From Octopus sinensis (taxonomy: Eukaryota): a stretch of 64,000 bases of DNA. The position numbers and the translations under genes were made by a program. Where the stretch lies: NCBI RefSeq assembly GCF_006345805.1, contig NC_042997.1, forward strand, positions 119,164,001-119,228,000. The letters are read 5' to 3'. Each line of letters opens with the position of its first letter. Within the stretch, counting starts at the first letter, position 1. Below are positions 38,330 through 50,354 of this stretch, piece after piece. The notes beneath the pieces were generated by a model. The model was not told where the DNA came from, searched no databases, and saw only the letters and a list, made by a program, of their open reading frames with translations.

Positions 38330-38770
38330 TTGTTGTGTAAGTACGTGCGTACCCATTCTCGTTCCCATAGCGATGATGGACACATGTTGGTATGTCTCCC
38401 CGGGAACGTAAAGCAGTTGAGTGTTAAGAAGAGCTCTGCCAGACGGAGAAGGGCGGAGTTGCTGGGTGTGGGGACAGAGCGACGATCGAGGTAGTATTGG
38501 AGGCCAAGAGACCGTCGTTGTGGGGAATCACCGTGTATAGTGATTTGATGACCAAATTGAAGAGGTGTGAGGGACCGGGAGGGAAGGAGAAGGTATTAAG
38601 AAGGCGAAGGGCATAATTAGTGTCATATGGTTGGGATGGAAGGACAACAACTAAAGGGGACAGGATGCGGTCGGAGTATTTTGAAATGAGTTCTGTGGGA
38701 CAATTGCAGGCGGAAACAATGGGGCGGCCAGGTCTGTCGGGTTTATGTATTTTGGGAAGGAAATAGTTAG
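38330..38770 (-). mobile_element. Penelope-like RT fragment
   Basis: Hand translation PKIHKPDRPGRPIVSACNCPTELIS..KSLYTVIPHNDGL..AMGTRMG. Confidence 0.85.
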
Positions 38771-38785
38771 TGAAGGTATGCGGTG

Positions 38786-38878
<93 letters not shown>

Positions 38879-40383
38879 GTGTGTGTGTGCAACGGTGTTC
38901 TTCATACATGTGTTGGTTGTTTACGGTCTTTGTATATGAATGCGTGCCGATAAATTTTTCGCAATGCATGCTTATTCCTATTTAAATACACTGAGAGACC
39001 GTGTTACCGATATGCTTGTTAGTGTATCAAATTATTCGATACTCGCAGCACCATTACTAACAGGAAATTGCCTTGTGATAAAATCCCCGTCCGCCTCGAG
39101 ATCAAAGAGCAAGCGATGTGTAAAACAGCGGAAGGCATATTCATAAATTTTTCTCCCCTAACGCTACCCTCAGGAAAAAATCTGTCGGAACTAATCATCG
39201 CCTCCATCTTCTAACTCATGAATGGAATCTCAAAATATATACTATATTAACGTCGTTGTGCTGAATACATTGCGAAGGTAAACACTATAATTTGTGGCAT
39301 TCATACTTGTTTGTACATTGTACATTTATATTAAATTGTTAAGGACAAACATTGAACAATATCAGAAACAGAAGATGAAATTCTGACCAGGTTATTTTCT
39401 GAATATATATTTTTGTACATTGAATGTATTTTCAATAATTTTGGTCATTGTTCATTGGAGGGGAGACACTCGTTTTAACGCTGATATATGGGTGATATTG
39501 ACCCATTAATTATTCCAGTCTGGTAATTACTATATCGATCTATATTTATCGCATGGACACAGAGACGGTTTACATCACTGAACATAACCGCGTGTGCACA
39601 CTTCAAATATATATATGTATGTATGTGTATGTATGCGTGTGTATATATACATACATATGTGTATATATATATATTACACACACTCACAATCTCAGACGTT
39701 ATCCGTGTTTTTAACCGCAGACACATATTCACTGCACAGTCTCATATTTTCTGATATAAACAGATGTTACAGAGTGACGACTTAAATTTTTAGGGGTGGG
39801 GGTGGAGAATTAAAGATAATTTCTAGAAGCCTAACTCCTCATAAATTATCGACCTATATCGTAATAATTTCGATACAATACCGTAACGTTTGGCTGTAAT
39901 GTCATTTGTCGGAGTATAAAAGGGCAGAAAAGAGAGAAAAAAACGCAGAAAAATGCTGATAGAAGGAACGTGAAAGAAAATTAATAGCATGGTTGTGTGG
40001 TAAGTAGCTTTGCTAACCTCACTGACAGAAGAGTGACTTTGCTTACCGTACTACGGTTTGGACGCGTTTTCTTCCCGGTAAGAGTTTTGCTGTGTTGTTA
40101 ATTGTTGAATTCCCACTACTGAAAATTTGCCTTTAAACGTTGCTGAACTGTCTTGTTCTCCGGTTTTACCGGGAAATAAGTGAATAATTTCTTACCGTTG
40201 AACTGTTAGCCACTGTGGCTTTTTATTTACGTGACTATATATAGTCCTGCCAGACTATTTTCGTGCCCCTCCCCCGAATGGGGGTGGGAATTGGAATTTT
40301 TGAACTGCTTTTTTGAACTACTTTGGAAGAAAAACTTTCTATAGGTTTCCCAGTTTTGTGGGAAACCAATACTCGTAATTTTT

Positions 40384-41551
40384 GTGTTGTCTAATTTCAA
40401 CAGAATAATGTCTGTTGAAATTATTCACGAAAGTAGTGCTATTGAGGAGAGCAATGTTAAAAAATTTTCTGCGGTAGCCGCAGTGGCTACCGAGAACATT
40501 GACATCGATGTCAACCAGCTCGTCGAGCTATTTAAAAGAATGCAAGAGGAGGGTGGTGATGTTAAAATATCACCCTCCGCCAGTATCGTGGAGACCGAGA
40601 AGCGGACCGTAGTGTTTAAAACTTTCTGTCCACAAAGCAGAAGGTTCAAACACGTTGAAAAAAGCACCATCGAGAAATGCCTGTCCCCGATTTGGAAGGA
40701 CATCGTGTACGTCGCCAGGGGACGGGCATATGGCACTGTGGATGTCCGCTTCTCGGGGGAAGAAATGGCCCGCGGGCATTCTGTGAACCCCCTAAAAACC
40801 AAGGAGGTGGTACTTTTCCCAAGCTTTAGGGGACGCAGGACGTCCCGGGTCAGGATTGTAGAAGCCCCGCCGGAAGTAGATCCGGTAGAGGTAGTGGCCG
40901 CCCTGTTATACAAAAGGGCAGACAAAATAAAAATACTACAAGTAACATGCTCTACCCCTCTATTTTGGCTCGGGCGTAACATTAATATATTAATTCAATG
41001 AACAGCGGAGGACCTGCAGCTCCTTCCTGAGAGGGTGCTCGTGGGCGAGAACGTAGCCCTCAGGGTACAGGTCGAAGGCCGAAAACCCACCTGTTACGCC
41101 TGCGGCAAAAAGGGCCACATTCGTGTAGACTGTCCAGACAAGCAAAAGAAACCGCAGACACCAGGCCCCTCAGATAATAAAAAAGTTCCTACCCTTGCAA
41201 ACACACCTACCCCTACAAAAACAAAAAATCCCACTCCCGCTGTTACGGTGCCAACCCCAAAACAGACTGAAGAAAAACCCAGCCCTCGCACTCAGAAACC
41301 CCTACACTATTAAAACCTCCCACCCCCTAAAAACTGCGGCGCCTACCGAACAAACCATTGCCACCCCAGACGATACCATGGAGGTATCAGAGGGGGGATT
41401 TACACCAGTTCGTAAAATAATTCGTGCAGCATCCCCGCCCACATCCCCTACAAAAAATAATAAAAACAAAGACACACCACAGACACGGAAAAAAAATCCC
41501 GCTCAACTGGCCCAGAAAAAGAAGACAAAAAAGAAAATGAACTCATATTAA
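40384..41551 (+). pseudogene. Tx1 ORF1 (zinc knuckle, Pro/Lys/Thr-rich tail), interrupted
   Basis: ORFs 40384..41001 and 41035..41313 share a frame across one TGA; CYACGKKGHIRVDC knuckle; frameshift into 41195..41551. Confidence 0.8.
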
Positions 41552-41825
41552 TTGAATTCGACACACAAGACAAATACATAAACGATATTGTGGTTCAGCA
41601 TCAGTCAGCAAGACTGTACAACAAATACAAAGATCGAAATAGACACGCGTGAATTGCGGAAACAACGTTCAAACAATTAAAAAACAGACACCCAAACGCC
41701 ATCCGGCATATCGCGAACTTGCCGGACTATCTGAAGAAAGAGGAGAAAGAAGGGGCCCACAAACGTGTGGTGAGGTCGGCCCCCACCTTTCCAACGAAAT
41801 GTAAGTAGAACTTTTACTTTTTGTA

Positions 41826-44800
41826 ATGGCTTCGCTTAACCTTGGTTGTTTAAATGTGCGTGGTCTGAGTTCGAAGTGGAAGCAGGCTTGTTTCCTCGAC
41901 GACCTCAGATCACATGATATACATGTGATGGTTGCTACAGAGACCAAGCTGGACAGCCTACAAACCTTCTCACCTCTCCTGAATGGCTACGAGAAAATCA
42001 TGTCTCCTGGCCAGACCGGAGGGCGAGGGGGCGTAGTGGTACTGATCCGTAAAGACTTGGCTCTACAGACAAGTACAGTCTATGTAGACCGAGAAGGTGG
42101 GCTGGTCGTCCTTGATGTGACATACAGCAGTAAGGCCTTCAGGTTGATCGGACTCTATGCACCTTGTGCTAGAGGTTTCCAAACTGATTTTTATCGGCGC
42201 CTAGAGGGCTTTCTCGTGACGTCGAAGACTTTAGTGATATTAGGGGACTTTAATGCTATCGTTGACGTACACATCGATAGCGTTGGCTCGATCTATAGGA
42301 AAGTGAACTCACGTCTCGTGGATCTGCTTAAGCGGTTTCAGCTGGCAGATCGTTACAGACTTGACCATCCGAACGTCTCAGAGTGGACCTGGATGAGTGG
42401 CGACGGAAGGTTCAAGTCTTATCTAGACAGGATAGTGATAAGAACTAGAGATAAGTCTAGTTTTAGTTGTCCACAGCTCGTCCAGGTGCCCTATACTGAC
42501 CATAGAATGGTCACGTGTAGACTGGACATAGATAGCACACTTAAGATAGGAACCGGCTACTGGAAGCTGAACAAGTCTATTTTGACACGCGAGGCATACC
42601 GTAGCCGGATTAAGGTGTTAGTGCAGAGGGCGTTAACCGGAGCCGTGGTTAATAACCGGTGGTGGTTCACCCTCAAAAGAGCCATTCGATTCGAGTCCAT
42701 TAGATTTAGTAAACAACTAAGACTAGATAGGGCTAGAATAGAAGGGCAACTAGTTAAGAACTTAGAGGAGGCGTTGAGGTTGGGCTCTGCATCTCACATT
42801 TTAAGGGCGAGAACGGCATTAGACCGTCACCTCAAAACCAAACCTGAGGGATGTAGAGTCCGGGCTAAAGTACGAGCATTGGGCCGTGAGGGAATTAATG
42901 TTGCCGGATGGGCCCGTACGATAGAAACACAGCGTGGAAACGATGCCACAATTGGGTCTCTTGTTGATGAAAACGGATGCACGATCAAGAAGCGGGACGA
43001 GATGTGTGAGGCACTTCACAAGCACTTCGCCGAGTTGTTCGGGAGGTGCGGGACGCTGGATCATGGTGAGGCCCTTAGGGACTTCCTGTCTGGTGGCCCG
43101 CGCCTCTCGACACGAGAGGCTGAGTGCTGTGAAGGGCCAATCACAGCCGAGGAAGTAATCGAGGTGTTGGGCAAGTGCCCCGGGGAGAAGTCACCGGGTC
43201 TCGATGGTCTGCCCTATGAATTTTATAGAAGTATGCCAGACTTGTTCGGGCACCTGCTGGCTAGCGTCTACGCCAACTGGCAGCAGAATGGGAGAATTCC
43301 CAAGTCTGCGAGCCGGGGGGCGGTGACGTTGATCAGGAAGGACCCGAACAAGGGGGACGAGATAGGGAACTTCAGGCCCATAACTCTGTTAAACACAGAG
43401 TTAAAGATTCTGGCCAAGGTGCTAGCAAAAAGGTTGGCGCGGGTCGTGGACAAACTTGTCGGGGAAGCGCAAACGTGCGCTATCCCCGGCAGAACGATCC
43501 ACGACAATCTCCACCTTATACGCTACTCCTTAGAGAGGGTGGGGAAGCTTTCCGGCGCAGGGTGAGCACTGGTACATTTAGACCAGTCCAAAGCATTTGA
43601 TAGGGTCGACCATCGGTACCTGGCGGCGGTCCTTGGAGAGGCTGGCCTAGGCCCGACCTTTCGAGGTTGGATCGCTGCTTTGTATAGCGACATCGAGTCT
43701 GTAGTCAAGGTGAACGGTTCCTTTTCGAAGCCGTTCAGGATCGAGCGTTCAGTTCGTCAAGGGTGTCCCCTGTCCTCGCTCCTATACGTATTGGCTCTTG
43801 AGCCTTTGCTGCGGAAGTTGGAGGCACTAGGGGGCGCGCCGCATGATCTATGGTGTGGAAGAGGAGCTACGGCGTATGCGGATGACACCTCCATCATCGT
43901 GGCAGACGAAGGCCAGCTTCCAGTGATGGAAGAGGCCATCAAAAGCTACGAGGCGGTGGCAGGAGCAAAGGTTAACAAGGACAAGTCGGTCGGTTTGCAA
44001 CTCGGCACCTGGAGGGGCAAGCCGATGCCGTCCAATAACGTCGTAGGGCGTTGGACGGAAGGTCCTGTTAAGCTGCTCGGAGTCTGGTTCGGGCCAGACC
44101 TCCAGATTGAGAAAAATTGGAGAGAGGTGGCCAACAAGGTGACCGCTCTAACCCAGACCTGGTCTGCTAGGGAAGGCGGAGGTGGTGCAGATGTTTATAG
44201 CATCAGTAATCACCTACCGTCTGACCGTGGTGCCTTGCCCCGATTTGTGGCTGAACAAGTTGGAGAGAATCCTTTTCCGATTTTTGTGGAAAGGAGGAAA
44301 GCCACTTGTAAAGCGCTCTGTCTGCTGCCAGAAACCGCTCAAGGGTGGGCTAGGGATGCCTTGGTTTGCAACTCGGCACCTGGAGGGGCAAGCCGATGCC
44401 GTCCAATAACGTCGTAGGGCGTTGGACGGAAGGTCCTGTTAAGCTGCTCGGAGTCTGGTTCGGGCCAGACCTCCAGATTGAGAAAAATTGGAGTGAGGTG
44501 GCCAACAAGGTGACCGCTCTAACCCAGACCTGGTCTGGGCGGGCGTTATCCCTGCTAGGGAAGGCGGAGGTGGTGCAGATGTTTATAGCATCAGTAATCA
44601 CCTACCGTCTGACCGTGGTGCCTTGCCCCGATTTGTGGCTGAACAAGTTGGAGAGAATCCTTTTCCGATTTTTGTGGAAAGGAGGAAAGCCACTTGTAAA
44701 GCGCTCTGTCTGCTGCCAGAAACCGCTCAAGGGTGGGCTAGGGATGCCTTGGCTGAGGATGCGAAAACTCGCGTTAAGGTTGAGGCACCTCTGGCTTTAC

Positions 44801-45547
44801 CTGGATGGAGAGCAGGTGTGGTCACCGCACGTCCGGTTCTACCTTCCCCAGTTAACATCCCTAACGGACATCGGTGCATGGATCAAGCGGAGACCTAAAC
44901 TGAGTGAATGGCATTTGGAGTGCCGTCAGGCGCTCCAGCTACTATCTCGGGTGGGCAACGCCGGCAACAGGAGTTCCACCACGGATTTCTATAGCGGGTT
45001 AGTGGATATTAAGTCCGAAGACGCCTTGGGGGAGACCCTGGGCTACGATGAAAATCAGTTGGTCAACCTGTTCCGGAGGACGTTCGGGCCGGGGTATCTG
45101 GATAATTACCAGAAATCCCTGGCCTGGCAGTGTTTCCGTGCGGCTTTACCTGTTCGCGACAAGCTGTCAAGGCACGGTAGTGCCGTCTCGCCGACATGCC
45201 CGCGATGTGAGCAGGATAGGGAGACCGTCTTGCACGCATTCGTGGAGTGTCCGGAGTTATCGGGACTGATAGCTTTTGTTGAACAACTGTTGTCAATGAT
45301 GGGAAGAGTACAGCTATCAGCTGAGTCTATCATCGAGATTGTGCCGCTACCTTTCCTTAACAGGGAAAGAAAGGCTTGTTTTTTCTGTGTAGTAGCCATA
45401 CTGAAAGAAACAGTATGGAAGACGCGTACGAAAGGTATAGTGACAGGCACCTTTGTCTCCGGCCAGGGGTTGATAAACTTTTTTAGTTACCACCTCAGTA
45501 GCAAAATCAGGCTGGAGAGAGGTGTCTGTCACGAGATATGTTTGTGA
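41826..45547 (+). pseudogene. Tx1 ORF2 (APE endonuclease, reverse transcriptase, C-terminal Cys domain), interrupted
   Basis: LNVRGL, ETK, ILGDFNA, SYLDRI, TDH; KSPGLDG, FRPITLLN, DQSKAFDRV, RQGCPLS, YADD; CPRCEQDRETVLHAFVEC. One TGA at 43563 and an internal duplication. Confidence 0.93.
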
Positions 45548-45825
45548 AAAGATGGAAGCCTGTGGCATACAAGATGGGTATGTTTGGCACCAGGTAAGTG
45601 TGACCGGATCAGAAAGTAAAGGTTCTACCCGGATGGCTGGGTGTCCGTCCTTCGACATGATCATTAATATTTTTAAACATTGCCTTCGTAAAATTCATTG
45701 TTTATAATCTTATCCGTAATTTCATTCGAAAATTGTAACTATGTTAAGCTACTTCACCCTTTATATTTGTCTGTCCTTGTTTGTCCCCTCTTTGTAAAGG
45801 CCTAAATGGCAAATTATATGAAATA

Positions 45826-45966
45826 AAGTAGATTGCTTACCAACCATATGGTTCCGGGTTCAGTACCACTGCTTGGCACCTTGGGCAAGTGTCTTCTACT
45901 ATAGCCTCGGGCCGACCAAAGCCTTGTGAGTGGATTTGGTAGACGGAAACTGAAAGAAGCCCGTCG

Positions 45967-46014
<48 letters not shown>

Positions 46015-46258
46015 TGTATGTATGTATGTGTGTGTGTGTGTGTATGTTTGTATGTATGTTTTCGCCCCTCCCCGACATCGCTTGACAACCGATGCTAGTG
46101 TGTTTACGTCCCGGTAACTTAGCTTTTGCGCAAAAGAGACCGATATAATAAGTACTAGGCTTACAAAGAATAAGTCCTGGAGTGGATTTGCTCGACTAAA
46201 GGCGGTGTTCCAGTATGGCCACAGTCAAATGACTGAAACAAGTAAAAGAGTAAAAGAC
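45826..46258 (+). mobile_element. SINE family B, 3' part; its 5' end lies at 39990-40018, split by the Tx1 insertion
   Basis: Joining ggttgtgtggt (39991) to aagtagattgcttaccaaccatatggttccgggttcag reconstructs the head seen at 55229. Confidence 0.85.
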
Positions 46259-46494
46259 TAAAAGAGGAAGGCGTGAGGACAGAAGGCGAGGGAGAAAGAG
46301 AGAAGAATGGGCGGGCGGTAGAGATGGAAAGGTTACAACGCAGATATAATCTAGACATAGGAATGTGTTAGAAGTTACTGAACAATAGAAAGACGGAAAA
46401 ATGTAAGGCTGAGTAAAAATGACACAACGACAGGTAGATAAGATAGACGCATAGTATAAAAATAAATATATACGCGTATGGGTACCGATATCTA

Positions 46495-46660
46495 CAGTTG
46501 CGGCCAACATGTTCAGAACGGCATTGTTTTCGTCTGAAAAGTAGGTACAAGTTTCTTATCAAAGTTGTTTTATATTCTATAATTTTCACAGACAATAAAT
46601 ACGATATTATTCATTATAGTCTGAGATTTTGGTGTAATTTGAGAGGATAATACAAACGTT
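46495..46660 (+). mobile_element. Solo left-end fragment of the Tc1 family at 12581
   Basis: cagttgcggccaacatgttcagaacggcattgttttcgtc...gagaggataatacaaa matches 12581-12745. Confidence 0.85.
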
Positions 46661-48572
46661 AAGGCATTGGGGATGAAACAAACAAACTAACCCACAGAAC
46701 GTTATAATGTGGTTGAAAAAATATATATATAGTGAATCAAAACCACTATATATATATAGTGAATCGAAACCTGAACAAGCAAGAAAAAACAACAATGCAA
46801 GGTCGTGCAATAAGTACAGTGTTATTGGACGCTCAGGAAAGGAAAAGAAAGAAAGAGGATCTCACGTCTCGAGCGGTGCTCTTCGTCAAAATTATAGAAA
46901 AAGTCCAAAGAATGGAAGACGGAGAAAGAAAATCACCAACGATACACACGCGGTCACATATTGAAATGACCGGAAGGCAATTGATGGAGCAAAAGTTCTT
47001 TCAAAGACAGGAGAGTGCATGTATATGTATATATATATATATATATTATATATATATATATATATTATATATATATATAAATATATACATATATACACGC
47101 ATACAAATAGACTATAGATGTACGCAGAATGTTACAATTTTTGATTTACCTTTAGGGAGAAATAGAAATGGTCACAGAACAATTCAAATACGAATGGAAG
47201 AATCAGTATACAAAAACATTAGAATAGATAAAAATCGAAACACACACAGACACACACACAACATAATCCCAAATCATCAGAATGTTAGAATAAGTTTCTG
47301 AGAGGAACTAGCGTCAAAGGAAGATATGTATACGAAGATACAGGTATGTATACGTAGGTATATGCATGCATGTATGTATTTAGTTTGTGTGGGTTTGTGC
47401 ATATGTGATGTGTGTTTGTGTGTATGTGTGTGTGTTTTATGTTTATTTTTATGCGAAAACTTATAAATACTATAATTTTACCTAGTGACCTTATATGTTA
47501 AATTTTACAAAGCTAAGTTTGAGAGCGACTTTGAAGTTCCGGATTGTTTACGACGACATGCAAATCGAAATATCGGAGTGCCTGTGAGTGATGTATTCAA
47601 AAGATATACAGACATGCTCAAACACACACACACACACACACACACCACACACATGTACACGCACACACACACACACACATGTACACGCACACACACACAC
47701 ACACACACACTCACACACACATATGCACGCGCACACACTTTGCACACATGCACACAGACATATACGACTGTTGGATGTATAAATGATTAGGTATACATGT
47801 ACGCATGCATGGTTGTGTGTATGCATATATATATATATACTATCTCAGTCGCTGCGTTTCTCGTCCGTGCGTATATATACAACCATATATATATATAGTT
47901 ATACACATATATAAATATATGCATGCATGCATGTATGTGTGCTCGTATGTGTGTGGGCGTATGAAATTGTACATGTGTGTATGCACATAAATACATACAT
48001 ACATACATACATACATGCATACACAAATGCATATTTCAAGTGTTGGTTTTCTAAATCTCCGATATTGAAGGCGTCGAAATGAATATGTTTAGAGACAAGA
48101 AACTGACATATGTGTGAACTGTTCGGAAAAAAGATTTTGTGATTTTTGAATAATAATAGCTGAAATTATTGGTAAAAAGATTTTAAAAAAATCTATCATT
48201 TGATCGAAAGGCTAGGTGGGTAACGTTTTCACTTCTGTACATCTGTGTACGCATGAAGAGCATGTCTAAAAAACATATTTGGTATGTACTTGTTTACACT
48301 AGGATTATATATATACCCCTGTCTTAGAAATCTTACGACTTTCTAATCACGTATTATAGCGCATATTCCAATGTTATATTTCGTTGGAAGTGAATATATC
48401 AGTAATAGAAAGCGAAAATAAACGTTTTGCATGCGTAACATTTTTGCATTGTATCATTAGCGTTAGTATTGCGACAGGGTGACAGAATTGTTGGAGTTCG
48501 TGGAAATAATATGTTGATGTGTTTCTTCTCATAAAGTTCTCAGGTCAAATTTCACTGTTGGAGAATTTACCT

Positions 48573-48797
48573 ATTTCTTTACTACCCACAAGGGGCTAAA
48601 CACAGAAAGGACAAACAAGGACAGTCAAACGGATTAAGTCGATCATATCGACCCCAGTGCGTAACTGGTACTTATTTAATCGACCCCGAAAGGATGAAAG
48701 GCAAAATCAACCTCGGCGGAATTTGAACTCAGAACGTAGCGACAGACGAAATACTGCTGAGCATTTCGCCCGGCATGTTAACGAATCTGCCAGCTCG
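48573..48797 (-). mobile_element. SINE family A
   Basis: Reverse complement of the 22943 consensus. Confidence 0.85.
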
Positions 48798-49167
48798 TCG
48801 ACTGTTGGAGAATTTACCATTGCAAAGTCAATAAAATAAATACCATACGCTGTAATCTGCTTACTTATTACCCCAAACGTCTTGGTGTCAATATGGCACG
48901 CAGTATTGTTACAGTGTCGGAAAACTACTTTGTGGTATTTCTTCGGGCTTATTACGTTCTGAGTTTAAATTCCACCGAAGTCGGTTTTGCATTACATCCT
49001 CTCACGTTCAGTAAAATAAATACCAGGAGAGCACTAGATTCAACGTAAGCGATTAGTATCTTGCTTCAAAATTTGAGACCGTGTGCATTTAGCAGAGTAT
49101 TGTGTCATATTTCTTTCAAATCTTGTCTCTCGGCCAGTAAGTTTGAGGGAAGAGCTATGTCGATTAC

Positions 49168-49560
49168 GGTGAGCTGGCAGAAACGTTAGCACGCCGGGCG
49201 AAATGATAGCGGTACTTCGTCTACCGTTTCAAATTCAAGTTCAAATTCCGCCGAGGTCGACTTTGCATTTCATTCATTCGGGGTTGATTAAATAAGTACC
49301 AGTTACGCACTGAAGTCGATATAATCGGCTTAATCCGTTTGTTTGTCCTTGTTTGTCCTCTCTGTGTTTAGGCCCTTGTGGGTAGTAAAGAAATAGGTAT
49401 TTCGTCTATATTTATATTCAAATTCCGCCGAGGTCGACTTTGCATTTCATCGTTTTGGGGTCAATAAATTAAGCACCAGTTGTGTACTGGGGTCGACCTA
49501 ATTGACTGGCTTCCTCCCACCAAAACTTTGGGCCTTGTGCCTAGAGGAAAAGATTACATC
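49168..49560 (+). mobile_element. SINE family A (49168-49395) followed by a partial copy with a different tail (49416-49560)
   Basis: aattccgccgaggtcgactttgcatttcat occurs twice. Confidence 0.8.
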
Positions 49561-50354
49561 GAGCCCAGTAAGGAGCTGATATTTATCTTATGGGCCCCTA
49601 AATTATGAAAGGCGGAATTCAACATCGGCGGAATTTGGAATGCGCTAAGCATTTTGCCGCGGGTGCTAAGGAAGAAAGATAGATTATATCAGCATAAGTT
49701 ATTAGAGTAAATCCTTGTGCGATTTACAGTTTGGTTATAGTTTTGGTTATGTTTCCATATAGTTTGGTTATGTTGCAATATAAATATTTCAAAACTGAAT
49801 TAGTTGCACGTATATAAGTTTTTGAAGAAGTTAATCGGTCGCTTATATCGATACTACTAATTGTACAGTATTTCATCGGTCATGGTCAGATGAAAAGCAA
49901 ATCTAATCTGGGAAAAATTTGAAATCTGAAAGTTAGGAACCTTAACAAAGACATGGATAAATTTTCGATATATGTCTACCAATTCTGCCAAGTATAAGCA
50001 AATAATGCAAGCAGAAAAGTAATTAAAATTTAGTCATTATGCATTACAATTAGAATAGACAATTTAATCGATTGAAGTAAATTCACTAGCCATAATGGTA
50101 ATTAATATATTAATTAATATTTTTGCAGATATTCGCTTCACGGGACTATAGAGGACGTTGCTGCATTTGAATGCGTCAGCATGAATGAGTCTTAAGTGTC
50201 AAGATATGAGTTGAAATATCGTTGCTTCTATATATCGATGTATCTATGTAAGTATGCATCTGTGCGTGTATGTATGTGTATATATATATATATATATATA
50301 TAGTCACACTGGCTGTATATATAGAGATATATGTATGTATATATAAACAACCTC

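Larger units (their letters stand above)
40019..45825 (+). mobile_element. Near full-length Tx1-clade (L1 group) LINE with about 16-bp imperfect TSD
   Basis: ORF1 with CCHC knuckle, ORF2 with APE-RT-Cys domain; flanks aagtagctttgctaacc (40002-40018) and aagtagattgcttacc (45826-45841). Confidence 0.9.

Noticed and set aside
40999-43565. Single in-frame TGA in both Tx1 ORF1 and ORF2 as programmed readthrough or selenocysteine
   Set aside because: Point mutations from CGA or GGA explain them, and the copy has other disabling lesions.
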